Part shown: in pieces, positions 41,987 to 51,693 of the stretch
Position numbering within the stretch: the stretch's first letter is position 1
Layout: every line of letters begins with the position of its first letter
Virus record (IMG/VR): IMGVR_UViG_3300032053_013883
Location: 1,326 to 65,325 of that record
Strand: one strand, 5' to 3'
From: a virus
Lineage: Duplodnaviria > Caudoviricetes
Length of the DNA stretch: 64,000 bases
The notes under the pieces: model-generated
Database searches by the model: none
Told to the model about the DNA's origin: nothing
The model's input: only the letters and a program-made list of their open reading frames with translations
Made by a program: the position numbers and the translations under genes

Positions 41987-42440
41987 GTGTCGAATTTTTT
42001 AATGTTTTTTTTATTTCCGATAATTCATATTCTAAATAATTAACTTTATCTTTCATATTCAATGTTGTTTGTATTAATAATGCTATCCACCCTAATGATC
42101 CCATGCCTTCATGTTCATTGGCATCATCATTAATATCCATTGCTAATTGGATCATATCTTTTAATAATTCTGACTGTGCTTCTTTTTGAAAAATACTCTT
42201 ATTTTGAGGGAGCGTTTTATCATTCATAATTTTTTGAAATTTTGAAGTTAAGGCTGCACCCCTATCTTTATAGACATATTTTTGTTCTTGCGCATTTTGA
42301 ATTTTTTCTTTAAAATTAGGGTCTAATCTTCTTTTAGGCATAGAATCAAATATTGATGATTCACTGCTAACATTTTTTAGACCAATTTTTTTGGCATGTT
42401 CAGATGGATTATCATCTTGTTCTTCTTCATCAAATGGCAT
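41961..42440 (-). CDS. Hypothetical protein
   Basis: 159 aa ORF. Confidence 0.65.
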   Translation of the reverse strand: MPFDEEEQDDNPSEHAKKIGLKNVSSESSIFDSMPKRRLDPNFKEKIQNAQEQKYVYKDRGAALTSKFQKIMNDKTLPQNKSIFQKEAQSELLKDMIQLAMDINDDANEHEGMGSLGWIALLIQTTLNMKDKVNYLEYELSEIKKTLKNSTLDFKNFSD

Positions 42441-42707
42441 TTAAAATCCTAATTTTACTTTTCTAGTTACAATCAAATACTTATTAACCAATTCAACAGA
42501 ATATTTATTTCCCAGTGCGGCTTCTAATGAAGGTAAAACAGATCCAGCAGTTGAAATAAGATACAATTTATCAGGATCTGGATTTACTGGAAATGGTTTG
42601 CAGTAATTAGAAACTTTTTGATCTGGCAGTGCAAACATTTCAATTTGCAAATTCTCTATTTCTTCCCAAATTTTTTCTGCCTCAGTTGATGCTTTTTTCT
42701 TTTCCAT
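42441..42707 (-). CDS. Hypothetical protein
   Basis: 88 aa; SD AGGAG. Confidence 0.65.
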   Translation of the reverse strand: MEKKKASTEAEKIWEEIENLQIEMFALPDQKVSNYCKPFPVNPDPDKLYLISTAGSVLPSLEAALGNKYSVELVNKYLIVTRKVKLGF

Positions 42708-42722
42708 ATTAAACTCCTATAT

Positions 42723-43040
42723 TTAGGTCTCTGATGTACATATATCAGCAAAAACTTTCTTAAAAGCGCCAGTTAAAGCTAACCCATTAATTCTTGATAT
42801 TTCTTTTTCTTTTTTTAGAATAACTATTGTTGGAATAGATGTTACATTATATATTTTACATAAATTTTTAAAATCATCAGTATTAATAGCATAAAATTTT
42901 ATATTATATAAAACTTCAACTTTATTAATCATAGTGATACATTTTTTATACATACTGGCATCCATCCACCTAGCATAAAAATATATAGCGGTGATATTGT
43001 CGCCGCTATTAAATGATGGTTGTTCAACAATAAATTCCAT
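42723..43040 (-). CDS. Thioredoxin-fold protein lacking CxxC
   Basis: YFYARW, YNVTSIPT (cis-Pro loop), RING; WCGPC replaced by WMDAS. Confidence 0.75.
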   Translation of the reverse strand: MEFIVEQPSFNSGDNITAIYFYARWMDASMYKKCITMINKVEVLYNIKFYAINTDDFKNLCKIYNVTSIPTIVILKKEKEISRINGLALTGAFKKVFADICTSET

Positions 43041-43258
43041 TAATTTTCAGTATTTGTTTTTATCAGCTTCTCTAGAATTTCTTTTGCCTGTGGCACATTT
43101 GCCTTTTCAATAATCATTTTAGTCAATTCTTCAGCTATTTTATTATTTTGTAAAACAAGCTGTTCTTTTGTAATAAAATTATTATCAATTAATAACTTCT
43201 CTAAAGATGAGACTCTAACCATTAAATCTATTAAATGCATTTCGTCTTCTATTTTCAT
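43040..43258 (-). CDS. Hypothetical protein
   Basis: 72 aa; overlapping start and stop codons. Confidence 0.6.
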   Translation of the reverse strand: MKIEDEMHLIDLMVRVSSLEKLLIDNNFITKEQLVLQNNKIAEELTKMIIEKANVPQAKEILEKLIKTNTEN

Positions 43259-43794
43259 AATTTATCCTTGCAACATTTCTTAAACTTTTTATTTGAATTA
43301 CATGGGCATGGATCATTTGGTCTAACCTTAGCTGATTTAATCATTTCTGATTTTTTAATAGCATGATCAAAAAATAACTTCCCATTTAAATGGTCTATTT
43401 CGTGCTGGCATACAACAGATAAAAATCCAGTAGCAATAAAATTATATGGTTCAATTAAATTATTAATTACATGAACTTCTTGAAACCTTGTAGTATCTTC
43501 AACTTTACCTGGGAAAGACAAACATCCCTCACTTCTAAACATAATTGGATCGTATTGATTTGTTATTTTACAATTAACCAAATTAATATCCAAATCTTTA
43601 GATTTGCCTAATCTTACAATTGCAATATTTTTATGTATACCTATTTGTGGGGCGGCTAAACCTATTCCACTAATTCCCAATCTATTTGAATTAGCTAGTT
43701 CGCGCTCAAGAACTTCAATTAATTCGCCAACTTCATTAAGATTAACGTCATCACATTTAACTCTTAATAAGTCTTCATTATTTGTTATAATCAT
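43255..43794 (-). CDS. def: Peptide deformylase with C-terminal SEC-C motif
   Basis: GIGLAAPQIG, EGCLS, QHEIDH; VRPNDPCPCNSNKKFKKCC. Confidence 0.95.
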   Translation of the reverse strand: MIITNNEDLLRVKCDDVNLNEVGELIEVLERELANSNRLGISGIGLAAPQIGIHKNIAIVRLGKSKDLDINLVNCKITNQYDPIMFRSEGCLSFPGKVEDTTRFQEVHVINNLIEPYNFIATGFLSVVCQHEIDHLNGKLFFDHAIKKSEMIKSAKVRPNDPCPCNSNKKFKKCCKDKL

Positions 43795-43812
43795 TTATAA
43801 TACCTATATCAT

Positions 43813-44016
43813 TCATTTCCCACATGAACTACATCCCAAACTTTTGGGTTGCAAATTTTTGTTATACAATTTCTTTAAACATATAGAGCAAGCCTGTTCT
43901 GAATTAGAACATTTTTCACATAACACAGATAAATTATTATTTATATCAGACCTACATGTTATACAATTGCGCTTAACAAATAACATAGCCAATTTAGAAC
44001 AATTAGGACAAAACAT
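43813..44016 (-). CDS. Cys-rich zinc-finger protein (CRIPT-like spacing)
   Basis: Five CxxC pairs in 67 aa. Confidence 0.6.
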   Translation of the reverse strand: MFCPNCSKLAMLFVKRNCITCRSDINNNLSVLCEKCSNSEQACSICLKKLYNKNLQPKSLGCSSCGK

Positions 44017-44052
44017 TTTTATGAATAATTTTGTATATTATTGGAGGTAAGC

Positions 44053-44217
44053 TTGGATTTCTTTACATTCATAAACGAAAAGAAAAAGAAAGAAAAGTTC
44101 GAACCACTACCACTATATATAGAGGTGGTTCCAGAATCACTCCCACTTCCTAGAAAAACGGAAGAAGAGGAAAATAAAAGACAAGATTCGGGTATCATAA
44201 TCATTCAGATGGTCTAA
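44053..44217 (+). CDS. Small hypothetical protein (54 aa)
   Basis: Not in ORF track. GGAGG SD and TTG start: MDFFTFINEKKKKEKFEPLPLYIEVVPESLPLPRKTEEEENKRQDSGIIIIQMV. Confidence 0.65.
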   Translation: MDFFTFINEKKKKEKFEPLPLYIEVVPESLPLPRKTEEEENKRQDSGIIIIQMV

Positions 44218-44464
44218 TGTCTTTTATAGATAATAGAATATCTTTAACTTCGGAAAAGCAATTTTTTGCTTCTGCCGTAGATAAATATTGATTAATAATA
44301 TCTTTAGCTTGTTTATAATCATCTGCCGGATCTGACATTTCTAGGCAATTTTGGCAAATTTTAAAATTAGTAAAATTAATTTTAGATAAAACTACGTTCT
44401 GTAGTTCATCTGGATTAAACTCGTCTGCGCACACTATGCAATTAGTATTATCCTTTAAAAACAT
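44201..44464 (-). CDS. Zinc-finger hypothetical protein
   Basis: CIVC...ICQNC. Confidence 0.6.
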   Translation of the reverse strand: MFLKDNTNCIVCADEFNPDELQNVVLSKINFTNFKICQNCLEMSDPADDYKQAKDIINQYLSTAEAKNCFSEVKDILLSIKDIRPSE

Positions 44465-44573
44465 ATTAGCCCCAATTCATGACATCAGAAATATTCGATA
44501 TTATTGCCTGATGACACTATATATGCAAGGCTGCAAAACTTTATAAAGATAATACTAATTTGTCATTATTTAT

Positions 44574-45080
44574 TTACATAAGATAATCGGACCAGTCTGG
44601 ATGCCAATATTCTTGAGGATCTGCAACATAATAATTTGCAGAAAATGTTGGATGGGTTGGTCTTTTTAACAAAGACATTTTTGCTTGTTCAGGCGTCTTG
44701 TCAGCTTTTTTAGAATTACAATCCTGACAAGAAACCACACAATTTATAAATGATGTAATTCCTCCCTGACATCTTGGAAGAACATGATCTATTGTAATTT
44801 GAGAAGCTGTCAATTTTCTAGTGCAATATTGGCAAGTGCTTTTATCTCTTTTAATTAAAGCTTTTCTGCTAAAATTTGAATTAAAATAATTTCTTTTAAC
44901 ATGTTCTTTAAGCTTCAATATTGATGGGTGATTAATTTTTCCACTGCCCCAAGAAATAACTTCGTCCCAATTCGAAATGACATCTACCTTTTCTTTAAAA
45001 AGAAGCTTCCAAACTTTTCTCTCGGGTATGAAACTCAATACTTCATACGACGCATTAAGTAATAATGTTTTTTTGCTCAC
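44574..45080 (-). CDS. HNH endonuclease
   Basis: LLLNASYE, RD..CQYC, TIDHVLP..GG, NCV.SC..CN..K. Confidence 0.9.
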   Translation of the reverse strand: MSKKTLLLNASYEVLSFIPERKVWKLLFKEKVDVISNWDEVISWGSGKINHPSILKLKEHVKRNYFNSNFSRKALIKRDKSTCQYCTRKLTASQITIDHVLPRCQGGITSFINCVVSCQDCNSKKADKTPEQAKMSLLKRPTHPTFSANYYVADPQEYWHPDWSDYLM

Positions 45081-45095
45081 GAGTACACCATAATC

Positions 45096-45836
45096 TTAAG
45101 TTAATTTTTTAATTGAATCAAAAATGTCCTCCCCAAAAGTTGTCGGGGACTGATTTCCGATTACATGCCAATTGCTTTTTAAACGTCTTCCAAATATTTC
45201 CAAATAATTTTGATTAGGAAACATTAATTCTAATGAATCTTGTAAATGGTCTGGCTTTGTTGAATGTTTTAAATTTTCTGCAAAACAAACTGATCTTTGT
45301 GATCTGTTTTGTAATTTTTTATAAATTTTATTATTACTAATTCCTATTAAACATATTTCATGTGTATTTCGAAACAAACGCCCCATTCCAAAAGCCAATA
45401 AATCATTAAATGATGTCTCATTTAATATTTTCTGAAAATATTCTTTCCAAACTTTTTTAACATATGGTTCGCTAAAAAATACTCCAGGACGTTTTGAGGT
45501 GCGTTGTACCATATTAAATATATTTTTTAATAAAAAAGGCACTGTTATTTTAAGTGGTTCTTTTTTTGTTTTTATCCAGATATATGTCTGTTTATGATTA
45601 AATTCCCAAGCTTTCATAGTATCTAGCCCCTCTTGCAATAAAGAGGATGGCACCCATAGCGCCAAGATAGCTCCATCAGGGCTTATAAGGTCTTTTATTG
45701 GAAGCTGCTTAATCTGTGAAATTGACATTGTATCGTAATTAGCCTGCGCCCCACGAGCCACGTCTGACATTTTAAGATTGTCACTCCAACCTCCCCACGG
45801 AGGATCAGCTACAATTACTGTAAATTTTTTATTCAT
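45096..45836 (-). CDS. MT-A70 family N6-adenine methyltransferase
   Basis: VADPPW, LWV, WIK, HSTKP, LEIFGR, GNQ. Confidence 0.9.
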   Translation of the reverse strand: MNKKFTVIVADPPWGGWSDNLKMSDVARGAQANYDTMSISQIKQLPIKDLISPDGAILALWVPSSLLQEGLDTMKAWEFNHKQTYIWIKTKKEPLKITVPFLLKNIFNMVQRTSKRPGVFFSEPYVKKVWKEYFQKILNETSFNDLLAFGMGRLFRNTHEICLIGISNNKIYKKLQNRSQRSVCFAENLKHSTKPDHLQDSLELMFPNQNYLEIFGRRLKSNWHVIGNQSPTTFGEDIFDSIKKLT

Positions 45837-45877
45837 TTTAACCCAAAATTTTTAACTGCTTTGCACTTATCAAAGCA

Positions 45878-46618
45878 TTATTTGATAATAAGCGTGGATA
45901 ATTCCATAGGAGATTTAGTCCCATCAACAGTTATATCTTGAGTTACTTCAATTTTTTCTTTCGTTAAAGACTCTCTTTTTCTAATCGTTATTCTATAACG
46001 ACCTAATGGTATATTAGCACTCCATTTTCCGGTGCCACTTGTTTTAAACATACCAAATAGAGCATTATTTTCTAAATTATTTATTTCAACTTCGGCTAAA
46101 AATATAGATTTATTATTTCTATCAACTACACGTTGAATTACTGAGATCGCTGGTAAATTTGAGCTTTCACTATAATTACCTGATACTAATTTTTGTTGTA
46201 GTTTTTCAATTTCTACTGGTCTAAACTCAAATTCTTCTTGCTGCGCTTCTAATTTTGGTTGTGGTGCCGGTACATTTTGAAATGATTCTGGTCTAGAAGT
46301 CCTACGAAATCCAAGTGGAGCATTTTCAACAGACATATTACTTTCAGTTACTACATTTTTAATGTTATCAGCAATAGACATGCCATTAGAATTAACAGCT
46401 TCCATAGTAATTTTTGGAACATTATTAGCCATATTAATATTTTGATTATCAATACTGGATAATAGTCTCATTGCTTGTTCAACTTTATCAAATAATGAAG
46501 ATAATCTATTAGCAATTATCTTATTATTAAAATCCTGTGATTGCAAGCCTTTTAATACTGTTTCTAACTTAGACTCTATTGATAGAAGTACATCTGTAGC
46601 TTTTCTTGGGTCTGTCAC
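45878..46618 (-). CDS. Hypothetical protein (N-terminal coiled coil, C-terminal beta-sandwich)
   Basis: GTG start with SD GAGG; C-terminus resembles a carboxypeptidase-regulatory-like fold. Confidence 0.6.
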   Translation of the reverse strand: MTDPRKATDVLLSIESKLETVLKGLQSQDFNNKIIANRLSSLFDKVEQAMRLLSSIDNQNINMANNVPKITMEAVNSNGMSIADNIKNVVTESNMSVENAPLGFRRTSRPESFQNVPAPQPKLEAQQEEFEFRPVEIEKLQQKLVSGNYSESSNLPAISVIQRVVDRNNKSIFLAEVEINNLENNALFGMFKTSGTGKWSANIPLGRYRITIRKRESLTKEKIEVTQDITVDGTKSPMELSTLIIK

Positions 46619-46625
46619 AATTACC

Positions 46626-47270
46626 TCATTCTAGGAAAACGCCTATTTTAATTTTAACCCTCTTTAATACTTCTATATCATCAACTGATAAATTATCAGC
46701 GCCAAATACTAATTTTCTTACTTCTTCTTGAACATCATTTAAAGATCCTTCAAATATAATTTTGCCTTTTAAAAATAAAATATATTCACCAATATAATTG
46801 GAAACATAACTATTTGTATGATCTTTAGATGATAATGTTTTAGAGGGTTGTGATGGTGGTAATCCTAAAGCTTTATCGGAAACGAATTCATTATTATCTA
46901 TCATTTTATCATTTTCAGATAAAGATGAATTTTGCAAATCAGCATCATCCATTATAATATCGCCATCTACACTTGACCAAGTGTGTTCCATATTATTCCC
47001 AACATTCAACATAGGGCTTTTGCCTGGACCCATTGGCGATGGCTGCTCTGTGGCATATGGCAATTGAGTGTTAACTGCCCTTGAAATTCTAGGATTATTT
47101 AGGGCTTCCTGAATCTCTTGTTCAGATTTTGGTATTGGCACAGCCAGTGGTCTAGCAATACTATCTCCATTTTCTGGAGTTAAACCCATTAATTTATAAT
47201 TAGGTATATATTTATTAGGCGGGGCTGAATTATCTCTCGCTGAATTTCTATATATTTTATCATTGCTCAT
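46626..47270 (-). CDS. Hypothetical protein
   Basis: Probable start ATG 47270 (MSNDK). Confidence 0.6.
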   Translation of the reverse strand: MSNDKIYRNSARDNSAPPNKYIPNYKLMGLTPENGDSIARPLAVPIPKSEQEIQEALNNPRISRAVNTQLPYATEQPSPMGPGKSPMLNVGNNMEHTWSSVDGDIIMDDADLQNSSLSENDKMIDNNEFVSDKALGLPPSQPSKTLSSKDHTNSYVSNYIGEYILFLKGKIIFEGSLNDVQEEVRKLVFGADNLSVDDIEVLKRVKIKIGVFLE

Positions 47271-47634
47271 TATTTGAACCAATTGGATCTTTAGGATGTT
47301 TACGTAATTTCTTTTCACCAAACACTTTACCTTCTAATTCCATGATTTTTCTTTTCATTTCATTACGTTTACGTCTACGTTTTACAGAAGGCTTTTCATA
47401 AGACTGCTTCTCTTTATATATGGAGAGAATTCTTTCTTTTTGAACTAAAGCCCTAAAAGCCTTAATTGCCTTATCAAAATTATTATAAACTTTAACTTCT
47501 AAATTATGCGCAAGGACTGGTGGATCTGTTGCATATTTAGGTAAATTACGATTAATAACATCTTTTTCAACTAAAGGTTGAACTGGAACTGGAGGTGTAG
47601 TTTGTGCTGAGGTATTTTTAACTTTTTTATTCAT
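47260..47634 (-). CDS. rpsU: Ribosomal protein bS21 with N- and C-terminal extensions
   Basis: VKVYNNFDKAIKAF...YEKPSVKRRRK. Confidence 0.85.
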   Translation of the reverse strand: MNKKVKNTSAQTTPPVPVQPLVEKDVINRNLPKYATDPPVLAHNLEVKVYNNFDKAIKAFRALVQKERILSIYKEKQSYEKPSVKRRRKRNEMKRKIMELEGKVFGEKKLRKHPKDPIGSNNEQ

Positions 47635-47635
47635 T

Positions 47636-48970
47636 TTAATTGCTTTCAGTATATTTGTCTAAATTAATCGAACGATTTCCACTTAATAAATTTTTATCTT
47701 TCATAAGAACATTTAATGTTTTAATAATATCTTTTTCTGTTGGAACTTTTCTATTATTAGAAAGTGCCTCAAACATTGAAGAAATATATAATTCTTTCAA
47801 ATACCCATAGGAAAATTTATATTTAACACATAAAATTGATAATTCTTTAATTTTTTGTATTGGAATTATATTTCCAAACCATTTTTTCAAATAAGAAAAC
47901 GACATATCTTTATTTGGCAAAGAAATTTTAAATTTTCTATCAAACCTGGAAGGTCTATCTGTAATGTTTGATTGTAAAGCATTTACATTATTTGCCGTAG
48001 CAATTACAAATAATCCATTTTTAGCAGTAATGCCATCCATTAAATTCAAAAATGAAGAAATATCTATTTTCTGTAAAAGAGAATCTAAGTCTTCAAAATA
48101 TAATAATGACGGGCTTTGTTCTTCTGCATATGAAAAAGCCTCCCTAATAGATTCATTACTGGCATCAGAAGATATTGTTACGGGCTTAAAATTATAAGAA
48201 GAAATAATTGTTCTTATAATAGAAGTTTTACCATTTCCAGGATCTCCATATAATAAAACCCCCCTTTTCCAAGGTATTTTATTATTCAAATAAAATTCTT
48301 TAGAAGATAAGAAATTTTCAACTATATTTCTAATATCTTTTTTTGTATCTTCTGGCAAGAACAAATCTTCCCAAGAAGATTCTTTTGTATATGGAATATC
48401 TTCACCTTCCATTACTTTTATATGAAGATTGCCACGATCTCTTTGCTGAATCCAATTATCAAATTCATTTCTTAACTTAAGATAATTAAGATAATTTTTA
48501 TCTGAAAGAATAATAAAAAAACTTATTTCATCTTCATATTGATTTCCTTTATGAAATAAAGCGGCATGAATAAATTCAACATTATTACTTTTAACAAGAA
48601 AAACTCCTTGCCCAAAGAATTTTTCATAATTATTATGATCAGATTTCCATGAAACAATGGATTCTTTATCTAAACATGTTATTTTTATGTTTTTATCTTC
48701 GCAAAATTTCAAAAATTGACCATCAATCATAATTCTATTATGAATAAATGAGGTCAAATTATTTTTATCTTTTAACGCTTTACTGTAATTAACAGTAACC
48801 CAATTCATCAATTCAACAAAATTAGATTTTGGTCTACCTTCATCTTTCAGATGATTAAATTCTGAATTTGAAGAAGAAATAATATTTAAACGATCTAATG
48901 TTAGATGTTCTTCTAACGAATAGTTTTCCGACAATGAAACATCTAATAAATTTTTATTTTTAGTGGACAT
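47636..48970 (-). CDS. AAA+ ATPase
   Basis: WKRGVLLYGDPGNGKT, FEDLD, FLNLMDG, RPSRFD. Confidence 0.9.
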   Translation of the reverse strand: MSTKNKNLLDVSLSENYSLEEHLTLDRLNIISSSNSEFNHLKDEGRPKSNFVELMNWVTVNYSKALKDKNNLTSFIHNRIMIDGQFLKFCEDKNIKITCLDKESIVSWKSDHNNYEKFFGQGVFLVKSNNVEFIHAALFHKGNQYEDEISFFIILSDKNYLNYLKLRNEFDNWIQQRDRGNLHIKVMEGEDIPYTKESSWEDLFLPEDTKKDIRNIVENFLSSKEFYLNNKIPWKRGVLLYGDPGNGKTSIIRTIISSYNFKPVTISSDASNESIREAFSYAEEQSPSLLYFEDLDSLLQKIDISSFLNLMDGITAKNGLFVIATANNVNALQSNITDRPSRFDRKFKISLPNKDMSFSYLKKWFGNIIPIQKIKELSILCVKYKFSYGYLKELYISSMFEALSNNRKVPTEKDIIKTLNVLMKDKNLLSGNRSINLDKYTESN

Positions 48971-48992
48971 ATATATAAATATATCTTTCTTT

Positions 48993-50819
48993 TTAAGAAA
49001 AAGAAGCTACTGATTTAACTTCTTTAATATCAATTGATTTTGCATTTCTACAAACAGGATAGGTTGAACAAGAAAGAAATGAAGATTTTCCATCTTTAGT
49101 TTTTCTAGTTGCCATAGGACTATTACATTTATTACAAAGACTTCCTCCAGAGCTAACATATGCTAAGTTTAGCTCCTTTTTAAAATCTGGATAAAATTTA
49201 TTAAGCATATCTAAATAATTTAACTTACCACTTTCAACTAAATCTAATTGATTTTCAAGCGCAGCTGTATAATTATAATCCATAAATCCAAAAAACTGTT
49301 TCAAAACGTCTGTAATTTTCTTCCCTAATTCTGTTGGATAAAATACATTATTTTTATTTTCCACATAATTCTTAGTAGTTAATTTGCTAAGAAGTTCTGC
49401 ATATGTAGAAGGACGTCCGATATTTCTTTTATCTAAATCTTCAATAAGAGTATCTTCTGAAAATCTAGGCGCTGGCTTTGTCATCTTTTTTTCAAGAAGA
49501 ACTGGATTTTTTCCAAATAATGCTAACTTATCTCCTTTAACAAGATTTGGAATATCAATTTTACTATCATCATCTACGCCAAGAATGTCAAGGTAACCAT
49601 TAGATTTTAATGCTTTTCCTGAAGCAATTACTTCGGCATTAGTGTTCCCTATAACATGAGCTTTTACTTTCAATGTATTATAAACTGCTGGCATCATTTG
49701 GCTTGCCACATAATATTTCCAAATAACTTCATATACTTGTTTTTCATCTGGCTCAATGAAACTTGTTAAGTTTTCTGGAATTAAATTAATATCTGATGGT
49801 CTTATACACTCGTGTGCGTCTTGTGCGGCTTCTTTATTTTTATATTCATAAGGTTTTTTAGGAAGAGTATGATTACTGCCTTTTATATAATCCCTTAATT
49901 CTTTCATGGCATCATCACTGATTCTTGTTGAATCAGTTCTAATATATGAACAATATCCGCTTTCATATAAACTTTGTGCGGCTTTCATTGTACGGTCAGC
50001 AGTCATGCCATGCTTTTTTGACATTATACGTTGCAATGTAGATGTGATCATTGGAGGCAATGGATATTTATTTTCTTCTTTAGAAACAACACTACTTACA
50101 ACATATTCTGCATCAATATTATTGCCACTTAAATTATCTTTTGTTTTATTTGCAGTTTTTTCGTCTAAAAGTTTTCCAGAAAATTTCGTTTTAAACCCAA
50201 TTTTAGAATCTTTACTAAGATTTACTTGAATTGTCCAATATGGTTCTGGAATAAAAGCCTCTATTTCTCTTTCACGATCAATAATCATTTCTGTAACAAC
50301 AGACTGAACTCTTCCAGCAGAAAGTTTATTGCCCCAAAAATTCATAAGGAAAGGGGACGCCATAAACCCAACTATCCTATCTAGGATACGACGGGCTTCC
50401 TGAGCATGAAAAAGATTCATATCAATGTCTCTAGCCTCTGCTATTCCTTTCAATAAGTCTTTCTTAGTTAGAAGGTGGAACGTAATTCTTTTCATTGGCT
50501 TGCCACAATCTTCTAATCTTTGCCATAGATGCCAAGCAATACTTTCACCCTCTCTATCAGGGTCGCTTGCTATATAAATTTTATCACATTTTTTAGTAAG
50601 AGCCATAATTTCATTTAAAACTTGAACTTTATCATCCATTAAAACATATCTTGGTCTAAAGTTATTTTCTATATCTATACCTATTCCAAAGTTGCCGCCT
50701 TTACCTAAATCAGCAATATGCCCCCTACTAGCAACAACAATATAATCTTTGCCTAATATGTCTTGAATGCTACGAGCTTTTTTTGGTGATTCTACAATAA
50801 CTAAACTTAAATTTGTCAT
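48993..50819 (-). CDS. topA: DNA topoisomerase IA
   Basis: IVESP.KA, DPDREGE, SAGRVQ, SYIRTD, AHECIRP, GRPSTY, one zinc ribbon. Confidence 0.96.
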   Translation of the reverse strand: MTNLSLVIVESPKKARSIQDILGKDYIVVASRGHIADLGKGGNFGIGIDIENNFRPRYVLMDDKVQVLNEIMALTKKCDKIYIASDPDREGESIAWHLWQRLEDCGKPMKRITFHLLTKKDLLKGIAEARDIDMNLFHAQEARRILDRIVGFMASPFLMNFWGNKLSAGRVQSVVTEMIIDREREIEAFIPEPYWTIQVNLSKDSKIGFKTKFSGKLLDEKTANKTKDNLSGNNIDAEYVVSSVVSKEENKYPLPPMITSTLQRIMSKKHGMTADRTMKAAQSLYESGYCSYIRTDSTRISDDAMKELRDYIKGSNHTLPKKPYEYKNKEAAQDAHECIRPSDINLIPENLTSFIEPDEKQVYEVIWKYYVASQMMPAVYNTLKVKAHVIGNTNAEVIASGKALKSNGYLDILGVDDDSKIDIPNLVKGDKLALFGKNPVLLEKKMTKPAPRFSEDTLIEDLDKRNIGRPSTYAELLSKLTTKNYVENKNNVFYPTELGKKITDVLKQFFGFMDYNYTAALENQLDLVESGKLNYLDMLNKFYPDFKKELNLAYVSSGGSLCNKCNSPMATRKTKDGKSSFLSCSTYPVCRNAKSIDIKEVKSVASFS

Positions 50820-50858
50820 TTTATTTTACCATCTTATAATAATTTTGAATTATATTAC

Positions 50859-51278
50859 ATGAATATATCTATACATTACCTAGATATAGATTTACGATAC
50901 TCTACTATTGGTCAATATTTTGAAGTAGTGCTAAATGATTTAGCCTGTGGCGCTGATACCAAAGCATATATAATAAGTATATATGTAAAATATAAAAATG
51001 CCACACATGACCTATCCAAAGATAGCCTCACTTTACTCTACGCGCAAGCTAGAAATAAACAAGACTTTTCTATTTATCAAAATGTAGCTGATTGGGCATT
51101 CTATAAAAATACTTTATTTCCAGAAGAATCATCTTTTAAAGATTATTATGATACATTAGGAAAGCTATCATATAATTCATGTTATAAATTAATAAACAAA
51201 CAATGGCCACTTTTTGAGGAACTTGCCGAAAATTTTGTTATTTTAGAACATCAAGCAAAAAAACTTTTAAGAACTTAA
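50859..51278 (+). CDS. Hypothetical protein
   Basis: 139 aa plus-strand ORF filling the gap between minus-strand genes; globular helical composition. Confidence 0.65.
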   Translation: MNISIHYLDIDLRYSTIGQYFEVVLNDLACGADTKAYIISIYVKYKNATHDLSKDSLTLLYAQARNKQDFSIYQNVADWAFYKNTLFPEESSFKDYYDTLGKLSYNSCYKLINKQWPLFEELAENFVILEHQAKKLLRT

Positions 51279-51692
51279 AATTTTATTAAGTTTACATTTT
51301 CTATTGTAGATATGTGGTTTGAAATTATTTTTATCTTCAAAAAGCCAAAAAGATTCTCCACACCCGCATGACGCAGCTTTAGTAATGTTCCAGTATCCAT
51401 ACTCTCTTTCTAAATTTGCATGAATTGCTAAGCTGCGAATATTAAATGTTAATGGTATTATATAATTTTTAATATGATTAAAATCTATTGGATCCGAATA
51501 AATCCAATTTGCAGCAATTTTTCTTGATATAGATTTAATCATATTAGAGGCGCGTTTTGAAACTTTGTTTGAAATAAATTTACTATTATATCTAAAACTA
51601 TATAATGGTAAACCCCCGCAAAATTTACATCTACTACGATTTAAAAAAGATTTAGATAAAGAAATATCAAAATTATTAGATAGTTTTTTCAT
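51267..51692 (-). CDS. Hypothetical basic protein, possible zinc binding
   Basis: CKFC...CGC. Confidence 0.55.
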   Translation of the reverse strand: MKKLSNNFDISLSKSFLNRSRCKFCGGLPLYSFRYNSKFISNKVSKRASNMIKSISRKIAANWIYSDPIDFNHIKNYIIPLTFNIRSLAIHANLEREYGYWNITKAASCGCGESFWLFEDKNNFKPHIYNRKCKLNKILSS

Positions 51693-51693
51693 T

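Noticed and set aside
44019-44204. Minus-strand 61-aa Ser/Phe-rich ORF
   Set aside because: Antisense shadow of the SD-led plus-strand ORF 44053-44217.
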